Below are positions 25,318 through 38,486 of a stretch of 64,000 nt of DNA, piece after piece. Every line of letters starts with the position of its first letter. Position 1 is the first letter of the stretch. This stretch comes from Octopus sinensis (lineage: Eukaryota). The position numbers were made by a program, and so were the translations under genes. The stretch covers positions 23,994,001-24,058,000 of the forward strand of contig NC_043018.1 of the NCBI RefSeq assembly GCF_006345805.1. The letters run 5' to 3'. A model generated the notes under the pieces. It did not search any database. It saw only the letters and a program-made list of their open reading frames with translations, and had not been told where the DNA came from.

Positions 25318-25630
25318 GAAGGTGCGTAGCTTAGTGGTTAGGGCATTCGGCTCACGACTGTAAGGTCGTGAGTTCAATTCCTGGCGGCGTGTTGTGTCCT
25401 TGAGCAAGACACTTTATTTCATGTTGCTCCAGTTGCTCAGCTGGCAAAAGTGAGCTGTACCGGTATTTCAAAGGGCCAGCCTCGTCACGCTGGATCTCCC
25501 TGAGAACTGCGTTAGGGGTACACGTGTCTGTGGATTGCTCTGCCACTTACACGTTAATTTCACGAGCAGGCTGTTCCGTTGATCATATCAGCTGGGATCC
25601 TCATTGTCGTAATTGACGAGTGCTCCTTTA
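25318..25630 (+). mobile_element. SINE family C copy flanked by a 38-bp direct repeat
   Basis: 25271-25308 and 25631-25668 differ at one position. Confidence 0.85.
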
Positions 25631-27061
25631 AAATAGTATGGACATGGAGAGAAGGTTTCTGATCATAGGTCTATTCAACCAGAGCTAGACTTAGGCTAAA
25701 CAACAACAGTAGTAATAACTACAGTATTACAAAAGCAGTAACTAACAGCAGACACAGTAGATGTGAGGTGCTGAGTGGACAGTGTCCATGGACCCAGCAA
25801 GACAGTGAAGTGTCAGATGGTTAAGCTGAGAGAGAACCTAGAGGAAGGTGAACAGCTTTGGCCAGGAGAAGAGGGAGTAGTAGATAAAGAGAGAGGGGAA
25901 GGAAGGTAGCGGGGAGGAAAGGTAGCAGGAGAGAAATATAGGGAGTGGAAGTGAAGGGATAGTAGTGGGGGGAGAGAAAGGGTGGTAGAGGGGGAAGTGA
26001 AGGATGGAAATATCAGAAAAGAGGAAGGAGTTAGAAGAGAAGGAGAGGTAGCAGGAGAGGGGGAGGGCTGTAGTAGAAGGAAGAGGTTGTTGAGGCAGAG
26101 ATGGGTGAAGGCAGGTAAGGGAAACATTGGAAGAGGAAGATAGAATGAGACATGAAGGGGAGAGACAGACAAAAAACAGAGAGGAGTGATAGGAAGAGAG
26201 AAAGAGAGAAGATGTGAGAAAGAGAGCAGAAGAAGTGGTGTTAATAAAAGAGGGGGAATCAAGGCAGAAATAGAATCTCTTCAAACTTTCTTTTGGACAC
26301 AATGAGGTGTGGTAGGAGTAAGAGAGAGAAACAGTGCTTAATGGTCAGTGTTGCCATAAATTTATGATCAGAGGCATTCCAGTCATGACCATCCAACCTT
26401 TTCTGCAAATCAAGAACCATTTTTTTAAAGAGAGTAGGATGTAAACTAACAGAATTTGCCTGCTATTTCTAACAGCTCATGTGACCATCAGACTCCTTGA
26501 TGTTTTAGCCCATGGTCAACCCTAATCAAGCAGATCTATGATCAAGAACATTTTAATCACGACCACTCCTTTTACTTTCTCCCAGGCAGTGTATCTAAAA
26601 CTATATTGTGTAATGTGCCCTTCCCTTTTGCAGGCAGGACGGTGTGATTTGAGAGGGACTTGGCTGCTATTTTTAGCTGGTCCAGTGACCATGAATAGGT
26701 AGGCTCCCTGTCTGCTGGTACCTGGAGCTGATGTTGGTGATGATCTTTTATAGTCCACCTTTTACTTGATTCAGGCAGTGGACTATGGCCATGCTGGGGC
26801 ACCACCTTGAAGGGTTTCAGTTGAACAACTCAACCCCTGGATTTTTTTTTTTAAGCCTGGTACTTTATTTTTTCAGTCCCTTTTGCCAAACTGCTAAGTT
26901 AGGCAGACATAAAGAAACCAAAATCAGCTATCGAGTGATGGTGGGGGTCAAACACACACAAACATACATACAGATACACACTTAGACACAAACACAGATA
27001 CACACATAGACACAAACACAGATACATACATATACAGACAGATACAGACACAGATAAACAT

Positions 27062-27146
<85 letters not shown>

Positions 27147-27714
27147 TGGGCTTTTCTCAAATTCTCTATCAGATTCACTCACAAGGCTTTGGTCAGCCCG
27201 GGGCTATAGAAGAAGATAATTGGCAAAGATGGTGTGCAGTGTGACTGAACTGAAGACATGATTGGGAAGCAAGCACTTAACCACTCAACTACACCCAGTG
27301 AATGAAGTAAATGAGAGTGAAAGTAGTAGTGGGAGTTAGATGTAATGATTCTGAGCAAAACGATGATCCAAGACATTCCAATAATGACCACACTGTCTTT
27401 GTAGGACTCCATTATCTAATCTGTCCTGTCCTTAATATAAAACAGTTTAGGATGCAATCTGAGGGAGATATGACTACTATTTTGTGCAGCTCAAGCAACT
27501 CCAAAAGTTTATGTTAACATAGGTAATCATAATTGTTTTAACACCAGGTCCTAGTTGAGTAGACCTATGATCAAAGACATTCCAGCCATAGCCATTCTGT
27601 TATTTTCCTTTGAGCAGGGAACCCAAAACCACATTATTAAACTGGTCCTTCTTTTAAGATAGATTTCAGAAAGAATAAGCTGTTATTTCTAGTAGGTCAA
27701 GTGACCATATAGAA

Positions 27715-28064
27715 CAGGAGTTCTTAACCATTTTTTTATTCATGAACCCCTTTGATTACTATTTTATTCTAGTAGACCCCCATAGCTATTCAATGTTTAA
27801 AGATTAGTTTTATAGAAACTTCTTTCAAAATCCCTATTTTGTTTCCCACACATTCCCTTGTTTAGGTTGAACCATGTAAAATGTTAGAGAAAGAAACCCA
27901 GCTGTTTCTTCTAATACATAACCAATACATACATCTAAAGCAAATTTTTTTCAGGGGCCCTTAAAATATTGTTATGGCTCCCTAATTAACTATTTTCTTG
28001 TGTGGACCCCACCAAATCTTATATGGACCCTTAAGGGTTATATGGACTCTGGTATAGAACCCTG
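27715..28064. mobile_element. hAT-type (Charlie/MER5-like) MITE
   Basis: Ends caggagttcttaacca / tggtatagaaccctg with repeated atggaccc subterminal motifs. A related split copy spans about 28963-30013. Confidence 0.6.
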
Positions 28065-28473
28065 ATATGCAGGCTCCCTAACTGGTTCCTGATGGTGGTG
28101 GTGGCGGTGATGGTAGTGTTCGTGTGGAAGCAGTGGTGATGTTGTGGCGGTAGTAGTGTGGTGGTAGTGGTGGTCTTTGTCGTCATCATTGACAGTGTTG
28201 GTGTAGTAGTTGTGGTGGTAGTGACTGTGATGATGGTAGCAGTGGTGATAATGACGACAATGGTGGTTTCAAGCCAAAACACTTCACAGAAAATAGCTCA
28301 GCAATTGAAAAACATTAGCAGAAACCAATTTAGTTCCTTGACATCATTTAGCCCCGGGTCTGGCCTGATTAAGCAGACCTATGTTCTTTTGTTCTTTAAA
28401 AGTCCACACTTGGCCACCACAGCTAAGACCATGCTGGCACTTAGATATTCCTGTCTTGACCATTCCATTCTTT

Positions 28474-28511
<38 letters not shown>

Positions 28512-29028
28512 ACTTCATTATCCAATGTGTCTGTGTTTGGTCTTGCTTTAAGACAGTAGGGTGAGGCTTGAAGAAATTTGGTTGCTATTTCTAGCAGGTT
28601 GAATAATTGCATAATGGCTTGTAATGGTGGTGGTGGTGGTGACTATTGTAAGTCAAGAGGTTGACTGAAGGTAGAGAAGTGGTTCGTTTTTGTAAGAGAA
28701 AGGAAAGAGTGAGAGAGATTGAAGAGGAGATAACGTAGGCAAGAAAGTGGAGGAGGGGGAGGAGGAGAGGGAGGAGGATAAGTGAGAAAAGAGAGAGTGT
28801 GTGAGATGAAGGAAAAGAGTAGAAAATAAACTAAGAGAAGGGGAGAAAATGAGATAAAAGAAAAGTTGAAGAGGGGAGAAAGAGAGAGAGAGAGAGAGTT
28901 CTGTAATGTTATTTATTTATTTTTTATCTTTCTATTTCTAAATATAGATTATGCAAGTACAGCAGTGGCTCTCAACCATTTTTTTGCCTATGGACCCCTT
29001 TGATTCCTATTTACCAGACCCCCATAGG

Positions 29029-29076
<48 letters not shown>

Positions 29077-31916
29077 AGAAGAAAATGGAGGGAATCCAGG
29101 GATAGTATTCATCAGCTGTTAGACATTAGTTGGTTGGATTCACAGCCTCTAACTTTCTTTGAATTGAAATTATATACATACATAACATACAAATATATAT
29201 ATATATATAGATATATAGATGTCAGCGTGACTGTGAGTCACAGTGGTACGAAATGGGCTTGTGAAGGGCCAATAGTCCTACCTAGAAAAAAGTAAAGTTA
29301 CAAAATCATTGACGACAATTCAAAATCCACAAGACAAGGTAGAGGAAGGCCTGCACTAAAGGGAACACAACCCAAATGCAAGAATAGTGGAGAATAGTCA
29401 TCAATGGCCTAGGGTCCTTAGGGAACAAAGAGTGTAAGTAAATAAGTACTACTGATGTGTAGTGTATTCTTATATTTGTTTCAGTCATTTGACTGCAGCC
29501 ATGCTGGAGCACCATCTTTCTTCGAACAAATCAACCCCAAGATTTATTCTTTGTAAGCCTAGTACTTATTCTATTGGTCTTTTTTTGTCAAACTGCTAAG
29601 TTACAGGGACATAAACACACCAATATTGGTGTCAAGCAATGGTGGGGTGACAAACACAAATAAACAGATACACACACACACACACGACGGGCTTCTTTCA
29701 GTTTCTTCCAAATCCACTTGCAAGGCTTTGGTCAACCCAGGGTTATAGTAGAAGGCAATCATTGCCCATGGTGCTATGCAGTGGGACTGAACCCAGGATA
29801 TGGTTGGGAAGCAAACTTCTTACCACACAGCCACTCCTGCATCTGTATATATAAAATTTTACTGCATTTTTATAATCAAATACTATTTGGAATTGTATAC
29901 TAGAAGTAAAACCAATTTATTGCACATAAAATTTTAACAACAAAATCTTATATGCACCCCCAAAGGGGCTTATGGACACTCAAGAGCCATATAGACTCTA
30001 GGTGACCACCACTGGTCTACATGAATAGATAAGTATCATCATTGTTATAATGTCCACTTTTCCATGCATCCATGGATGAGATGGTATTTGTTGAAGCAAA
30101 TCTTCTACAGCTGGATGTTCTTCCTGTCAGCAACCTTCACCTGTTGCCAGGGCAGACATTTTTCCCTGCATAAAACTGGAAATAAACATTGTCACTTGTA
30201 TGACAATGATGCTCGTTTACAACCATCATGTGATGTCAAGACAGAGGTGCACGCATACACGTACACAATAGCTATCTTTCAGTTTCCATCAACCAAATCT
30301 ACTCACAAGACTTTTGTTGGCCCAGGGTTATAGTAGAAGATACTTTCTACTAAAGGCACAAGGCTTGAAATTTTAGGGGCTAGTCAATTACCTTGACCCC
30401 AGTGTCTTACTGGTACTTAATTTATCGACCCTGAAAGGATGAATGGCAAAGTCAACCTCGGCAGTATTTGAACTCAACGGACAAAATAGCACTAAGCATT
30501 CTGCCCAGCATGCTAACAATTCTGCCAGCTCACCACCTTAATAATGATGATGGTGATGATGACGATGATCCTTTCTATTATAATCACAAGGGCTGAAATT
30601 TGGGGGAAGGGGATAAGTCAATTACATCAACCCCAGTGCATAACTAGTACTTATTTCATCAACCCCAAAAGAATGAAAGGCTAAGTCAACCTCAGCAGAA
30701 TTTGAAGCCAGAACATAAAGACGGACAAAATAGCGCTAAGCATTCTGCCTGGCATGCTAACGATTCAGCTGGCTCACCGCCTTTAATAATTATAATAATC
30801 CTTTCTACTATGGGCACAAGGCCTGAAATTTTTTCAAGAAGGAGATAGTCAATTACATGGACCCCAGTGTTTGACTGGTACTCTTTTCAACGACTCTGAA
30901 AAGATGAAAGGCAAAGTCAATCTTGGCAGAATTTTAACTCAGAACATAAAGTTAGACGATATGCCACTAAGCATTTTGCCCAGCGTGCTAATGATTCTGC
31001 CAACTCGCCACCTTAATCATCATCATCATTGTCGTCTAACATTTGCTTTCCATGCTGGCATGGGTTGGACGTTTTGACTGAGTGCTGGCAAGCCAGAAGG
31101 TTGCACCAGGCTCCAATCCAATCTGGCAATGTTTCTACAGCTGGATGTCCTTCCTAACACCAACCACTCAGAGAGTGTAGTGGATGCTTTTTACATGCCA
31201 CCAGCACAAGGGCCAGTCAGGCGACACTGGCAACAACCACATTTGAATGGTGATTTTTAATTGCCACCAGCATGGGACCAATCAACCAGCACTGGCATTG
31301 ACCACGCTTGAATGGTACTTTTTACATGTCATTGACACAGGAACCAGTCAGGTGGCACTGACAACGTTCCTGCTCGAATGGTGCTCTTTATGTGCCACCA
31401 GCACAATAATAATAATGATGGTGATAATAATAATAATCCCTTCTATTACAGGCACAAAGCCTGAAATTTTTATGGGGAGGGAGCTAATTGACCACATCAA
31501 CCTCAGTGATCAACTGGCGTTTATTTTATTGACCCCAGAAGGATGAACGACAAAATCAACGTCAGTGACATTTGAACTCAGAGCATAAAGACAAACAAAA
31601 TGCTGCTGAGCATTTTGTCCAGCACAGTAACAATTCTGCCAGCACAATGGTTAATACTTAAAGTGTTGAGATGGCAGAGACAAGAACAAGTGTAGTATTT
31701 TTTTTTTTCCTTTTTTCTTGTTTGTTTTATTAATTCTAAATAACCCAGGATAGATTTCAAGTGATGGCTTAGATGAAGTGGATAAGAACAGATTTCATTG
31801 TTTTAAACCAAGCAATACAGAATAGATTTCATTGGCGTGTGTTTAGATGAAAGCGATAAGAATGTATTTCATTGACGTGTTGTAGGAAGTAAGATATTTT
31901 AGTGGGTTTTACTCAC

Positions 31917-32029
31917 AGGATTGAGGACAGGAAATCGTACAGTGGAATCCATCATATGAAGAGTAGTAGTTGAAACAATATTCAGATCAGATGACAGAAT
32001 TCAATAAGGTCATTGTATTTATATCACAG
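31917..32029 (-). other. Candidate upstream (5' UTR or alternative start) exon of IP3K
   Basis: Long polypyrimidine tract plus aAG acceptor, donor GTgagt. All three frames are closed across the exon, but the last 39 nt read MMDSTVRFPVLNP in phase 0. Confidence 0.35.
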
Positions 32030-32171
32030 CTTTAAAATAGAAAAAGAAAGAAAAGAAAAAAAAAACAGCATAAAATACCATTCAACTTTTGAATGAACAA
32101 AAATATTCTGAACCAAATTTAAGAGCATAAACAACTACAAAACAATAATAATAATAATAATAACGATGATG

Positions 32172-32548
32172 ATTTTATTTATTTGCCACAAGGGCAAAGG
32201 ATAAGAGAGACAATACAGAGACAGACATAAATTGTGGGGGGGTTACATTTAATAATAAAATAATAATAAAAACCTAGGGTTAGGGTTAGGGGTTAGGGTT
32301 TAGAGTTAGGGTTAAAAAAATAAAGTACACATGGTATACACTGGAAAAGAAGGGACATATGCATAGCATACAAAGGTAAGAAAAAAGTGGGGGGATGATA
32401 GAGATGTGGCCCTCCTGATACAGGAAGGGCTCTAGGGATAATCGAGGAACCCCACTGTCTGAAATTTCCCTGAAACCCTAAGAGAAAGTGCCCTCTCCAA
32501 TTTCTTCTCTGACTCACAGGTCAACACTTAGAGAGCGGAACCATCCAC
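32172..32548 (-). mobile_element. 3' end of a non-LTR retrotransposon (L1/Tx1-like suspected) sharing its tail with SINE A
   Basis: Short coding-like remnant VVKMAGVDGSAL, T-rich 3' UTR, and terminal gcccttgtggcaaataaataaaa similar to the SINE A gccccttgtgggcaataaagaaata. Confidence 0.45.
32275..32313 (+). repeat. Short interstitial telomere-like (TTAGGG)n array, about 6 imperfect units
   Basis: tagggttagggttaggggttagggtttagagttagggtt. Confidence 0.85.
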
Positions 32549-32734
32549 TCCTGCCATTTTCACAACAATGGTTTCAAAGTTTAGCACAGGGCCAGCTGTT
32601 TTTGAGTGGAAGCGGAAGTTGATTACATGGGCCCCAGTACTCAACCGAAACTGACCAACCCTAAAAGGATTTAAAAAGCAAACTCAACTTCAGCAGAATT
32701 TGAACTCAGAACACAAAGATAGACAAAATGCTTA

Positions 32735-33430
32735 GCATCGACCCCAGTGTTTCACTGGTATATAGTTTATCGACCTAGAAAGGATGAAAGGCAAAGTAGA
32801 CCTCAGCAGAATTTGAACACAGAACATAACAGCAGAAGAAATACTTATTTCTTTACTACCCACAAGGGGCTAAACACAGAGAGGACAAACAAGGACAGAC
32901 AGACGGATTAAGTCAATTATATCAATCCCAGTGCGTAACTGGTACTTAATTTATCGACCTCGAAAGGATGAAAGGCAAAGTCGACCTCAGCAGAATTTGA
33001 ACACAGAACATAACAGCAGAAGAAATACCTATTTCTTTACTACCCACAAGGGGATAAACACAGAGAGGACAAACAAGGACAGACAGATGGATTAAGTCAA
33101 TTATATCAACCCCAGTGCGTAACTGGTACTTAATTTATCAACCCTGAAAGGATGAAAGGCAAAGTCGACCTCGGTGGAATTTGAACTCAGAACAAAGCGG
33201 CAGACGAAATACCTATTTATTTATTACCCACAAGGGGCTAAACATAGAGTGGACAAACAAGGACAGACAAATGGATTAAGTTGATTACATCGACCCCAGT
33301 GCGTAACTGGTACTTATTTAATCGACCCCGAAAGGATGAAAGGCAAAGTTGACCTCGGAACGCAACAGCAGACAAAATACGGCTACGCATTTCGCCCGGC
33401 GTGCTAACGTTTCTGCCAGCTCACTACCTT
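32735..33430 (-). repeat. Head-to-tail SINE A concatemer with 184-bp period
   Basis: Junction gaaatac(c/t)tattt recurs at 32838, 33022 and 33206. There is a single tRNA head at the right end. Confidence 0.9.
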
Positions 33431-33839
33431 GGTAATAATAATAATAATAATAATAATTTCAAATTTTGGCATGAAACAAGCAATTTCAGGGGTGGGGGTA
33501 AGTAAATTACATTGACCACAGTATTCAACTGGTATTCATTTTATCAACCCCCAAAGAGATTTAAAGTAAAATTGACTTTGGCAGAATTTGAACTCAAAAC
33601 ATAAAGATGGATGAAAACCTGCTGAGCATTTTGCCCAGCATGTTAACAATTTTGCCAACTCGCTGCCTTAGATAATAATAATAATAATAATGATTAATGA
33701 ACATCATGGATGTGTGCCAACAAGTTTGTTCCAAGGAAAGATTAAATCTGAAATCATTGCCAAGAAGGATTTAAGAAACCGAAAAAGAAAAAAAATGAAA
33801 GAAAATTATGTTTTAATGTAAGTCATTTTAGAAAATTAA

Positions 33840-34527
33840 ACAATTTCTCTCACATATGGAGTATATAAAGCATAACTGAATGAAATGCAAACAGGATACA
33901 CTAGCCTAGAAAGGATTACAATCTCTGAATCAAAATCAGTGTATGACCTCAGCAATGACATGAGTAATGATGTATCTTTGCAGGTGCATATTACCAAGTT
34001 GGCAATAAAATGCAGACAGCTGGCCAGATGAATCCTTACAACTTTCAGAATGAAAAAACAGGAAACCATAATGGTCCTCGAGAGAACATTTATCCTCAGC
34101 TGTTTAGACTACTGCTCCCAACTACAGTCACTGCACAGTGTAAAATTAATGACAGATCTTGAAGCAATTCAGCAAAGTTACACAAAGAAGATCGTCTCAA
34201 TATGACATGCCAGCTACTGGGTGAGAATGAAAAAGTTAAGACTCTACTCCCTAGAATAAAGGTGGAAAAGATATGTAGTGATACACATTTGGGAAATTCT
34301 AGAACTTGTACCAAATTTTTTACATTGAAAGTTACACAAAAAGCAGAATGGGACACCACTGCAGAATGCCAAAAATCTCAACATTGCCATCAGGATACGG
34401 GACCAGATACTGCAAAAGCTTGGATTTCAAGGGTCCACAGCTCTTCAATACCCTCCCAAAAAGCCTGAGATACCTACATGGGTTGGGTGTAGGTGTCTTC
34501 AAAACAGAACTGGATCTCCTACAGTGA
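33840..34527 (+). mobile_element. Decayed CR1/L2-group LINE ORF2 C-terminal region
   Basis: MSNDVSLQVHITKLAIKCRQLA, FILSCLDYCSQL and FKGPQLFNTLPKSLRYL...VFKTELD, with frameshifts. Confidence 0.75.
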
Positions 34528-35244
34528 TAGAATAAAATAAAAAGTAGTAGTGCAGTCAATTTGTTAGACTAAACCTGTCAAGGAGATGCCCCAGCATGGC
34601 CACAGGCCAGTAACTGAAACAAATGGAAAAAGAAAAAGATAAAAGGTAAATGTGGCTATGTGGTAAGAAGTTTGCTTCCCAACCACATGGTTCCAGGTTC
34701 AGTCCCACTACATGGCATCTTGGGCAAATGACCTACTACAGTCCCTAACTGACCAAAGCCTTATGAGTGGATTTGGTGGACAGAAACCAAAAGGAACCGT
34801 TTGTGTGTGTGTGTGTGTGCATGTGTGAATCATTGTATCTATGCTTGTCCTCCATTTTCATTTGACAACCAGTGTTGGTGTGTTTACATCCCAATAACCT
34901 AGCAGTTCAGCAGAAGAGACCGACAGATTAAGTACCAGGTTTCGAAAGAAAATAAGTAGTGGAGGAGGGGTCAATTAGTACAACTAAAATTCCTCAAGCT
35001 GGTGCCCCAGCTTGGCCGCAGTCTAATGACTGAATCAAGTAAAAGATATAAGATATAAGAGAGCATGTGTGCACAGTCACATACACACATTCATACAAAC
35101 ACACTCCCACACAAACATATTTGTCTGAATTGGTATGCCCATATATACACACACAGACACTTACTCCCACATATAGACACATTCTACATTCATATAATGT
35201 TGATGAATAAATTCTTTGAGAATACACTTTGCGATATCAGCATG

Positions 35245-35810
35245 AGGAGGAATGGGGGGAAGAAGGAGGAGGAGGGGTAGAAGAGGAGGAGCAGAAGAAG
35301 AAGAAGAAGAAGAAGAAGGAGAAAAAGGAGAAAAGGAGAAGGAAAAGAAGGAGAAAAAGCAGGAGGAGAAGAGAAGAAGAAGAAGAAGAAGAAGAAGGAG
35401 AAAAAGCAGAAGGAGGAGAAGGAGAAGAAGAACAACAACAAGAACAAGAAGAAGCAGAAGGAGGAGAAGGAGAAGAAGAAGAAGAAGGAGAAGAACAAGA
35501 ACAAGAAGAAGCAGAAGGAGGAGAAGGAGAAGAAGAAAGAAGAAGAAGAAGAGAAGAGAAGAAGAAGGAGAAGAAGAAAAGAAGAAGAAGAAGAAGAAGA
35601 AGAAGAAGAAGGAGAAGAAGAACGAGAAGAAGCAGAAGGAGGAGAAGGAGAAGAAGAAGAAGGAGAAGAGGAGAAGAAGAAGAAGAAGAAGAAAGAAGAA
35701 GAAGAAGAGAAGAAGAAGAAGAAGAAGAAGAAGAAGGAGAATGAGAAGAAGAAGAAGAACAAGAACAAGAAGAAGAACAACAACAACAACAAGAAACAAC
35801 AACAAAAACA
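35245..35810. repeat. (AAG/AGG)n purine-rich microsatellite with internal higher-order units, grading into (AAC)n
   Basis: Direct reading. Confidence 0.95.
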
Positions 35811-36079
35811 AGTTTCCAAACTCAGAAACAATTCTTCGCTGTTCAAGACCGAAATAAAAGTGAACCAATAGATGTTCTTGATGTGTCTGTTGCCTAAGGA
35901 AGAAGAGGTGTGTGAATTGTGACAGTTGTAGACCAATGCAGCACTTCACCTTTCTGATGACGTCTTTTGGTGCTTCATCCACACACACACACACACACAT
36001 ATATACTCTAAAATGTATACATTCAAACACACTAATATACATACATATACATATCCTCTTCAGTATACATACATAGATA

Positions 36080-36267
36080 AAGAAGGTGTGTATGTATGTA
36101 TGCGTGTGTGTATGTATATATATATATGTATATATATTATGTATATATATATATGTATCTATATATATATGTATATATATATATATATATATATGTATAT
36201 GTATATATATATGTATATATATATATGTATATATATATATTATATATATATGTATATATATATGTAT

Positions 36268-36313
<46 letters not shown>

Positions 36314-37485
36314 TGTATATATATATATATATTATATGTATATATATATATGTATATGTATATATGTATATGTATATATATATATATGTATATGTATATA
36401 TATGTATATGTATATATATATAATATATATATATAGGAACTCTCTTGAAACTGCTTGCAAAAGTGCACATATATTCTCCTCTTCAAAATGTATACACTTA
36501 TACACAAGTACAGACTTACAAACACACACATAGGACATTCACAAACACACGTATCTATACACACACACACATACATACATACATACATAAATACATACAC
36601 ATATATATGTATATATATATATTTATATTTATATATATGTATATATGTATATATTTAAGTATATATATATATATATACATCGATCATCATTATTTAACAT
36701 CCGTTTTCTATGCTGAATATTTTCTCAAAACTACTTGAACAACACACACGCATACATACATACAAAAATATATGTATAGCTATAAATATACACACATGAA
36801 CCCACAGACATACATATATGTATACATACACAATCAAACTCTGTACACATATACACATATCGCAAATTTTCTGAATCAAAATAAACACTGTACTCTACTT
36901 TTCAGTATTGAGTGCTTCTTCAGAGTTTATCTTCATATTTATACCTAACATGCATACACACACATACATGTGTATATAGAAGCAAAACATGAATACCTAG
37001 ATTGTATATATACTTACACCACATGGCTGCTTTTTTGTGGCACCGCTATGAGTGCATTTTGCGTGGCACCGCTACGAGTGCATTTTGTGTGGCACCAGCA
37101 CAAAACTCTTGCAGGTCAATCCTCAGTAGACACACACACACATATACACACATATATACATATATACACACATATACACACACACACATATATATACATA
37201 TATACACACACATATATATATACACACATATATATATACACACACACACACATACATATACACACATATATACATACACACACACATATATATATATACA
37301 CACATATATACACACACACACACATACATACACACACATATATACACACACACACACATATATACACACACACACATATATACACACACACACACATATA
37401 TACACACACACACATATATACACACACACACATACACACACACACACATACACACACACACATATATATATACACACACATATAT

Positions 37486-37516
<31 letters not shown>

Positions 37517-37691
37517 TATACACACACACACACATATACACCACACACATACACACACACACATACACACACATATACACACACACATATACACACACAT
37601 ACACACACACACACACACATGTACACACACACACACATGTACACACACATACACACACACATATACACACACACACACACACCACACATAT

Positions 37692-37728
<37 letters not shown>

Positions 37729-37730
37729 AT

Positions 37731-37765
<35 letters not shown>

Positions 37766-37790
37766 CATACACACACATATATATATATAA
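36080..37790. repeat. Two compound (TA/TG)n and (CA/TA)n tracts (about 36080-36680 and 37130-37790)
   Basis: Direct reading. Confidence 0.95.
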
Positions 37791-38486
37791 GAATTCATCT
37801 GATAAGAAAAAAGACCAAAGGAAAAGACCAAAATATAAAAGACAAAAAATTAGCAAGGAATTGTTGTCGAAGGAGTTCTAGAATAATCTATGAATGAGAA
37901 AAGTGGTCTGTTTTATTGGAGACTATCTGTTCTCAATCTATTCGATTACTTCCTACACACCCTGGCATTCAATCAAAGGACATTTTAACAATGAGATTAT
38001 ACAAACATCCTGTTCAATGCTAACACAGTTTGAACTTACACAACAGGATTTTAAAGTCTCTCATTACCTTAAGCCATTCAAGACAATCCTACCTCCTCCA
38101 CTTCTTTTCTTTTAATAGGACAGGAGGTGATGGTCTTGAGAATTGTTGGTCAGGGTGTGGGTAGTGCGGGGGGGGGGGGGGGTCAATTAACTGACCTTGT
38201 CTTCTTCGGTGTCCATTCAGTTCATGCTTTCAAACGCACGCACACACACACACCGAATATATTTTTCTCTCTCCCACACAATCTTACATTTCCTCTTACA
38301 AGCTCACACACACATACACACACATAGGTGTGGTTGTGTGGTAAGAAGCTTGCTTCCCAACTACAAGGTTCTGGGTTCAGTCTCACTGCATGGCAACTTG
38401 GGCAAGTGTCTTCTGTAGCCTCAAGCTGGCTAAAGTCTTGTGATTGGATTTGGTAGAAGGAAACTGAAAGAAGCCCATCATATATA

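Noticed and set aside
32735-33430. Regularly spaced repeats as a possible CRISPR-like array
   Set aside because: Units are contiguous 184-bp SINE bodies with no unique spacers; eukaryotic context and no cas genes.
35820-35980. Unique island with a TGACGTC (CRE-like) site and CCAAT boxes between microsatellites
   Set aside because: Short motifs expected by chance; no supporting splice or start signals.
35161-37881. 479-aa, 303-aa and poly-E/R/K ORFs
   Set aside because: Derived from (AAG)n and (TA/CA)n repeats; no domain content.
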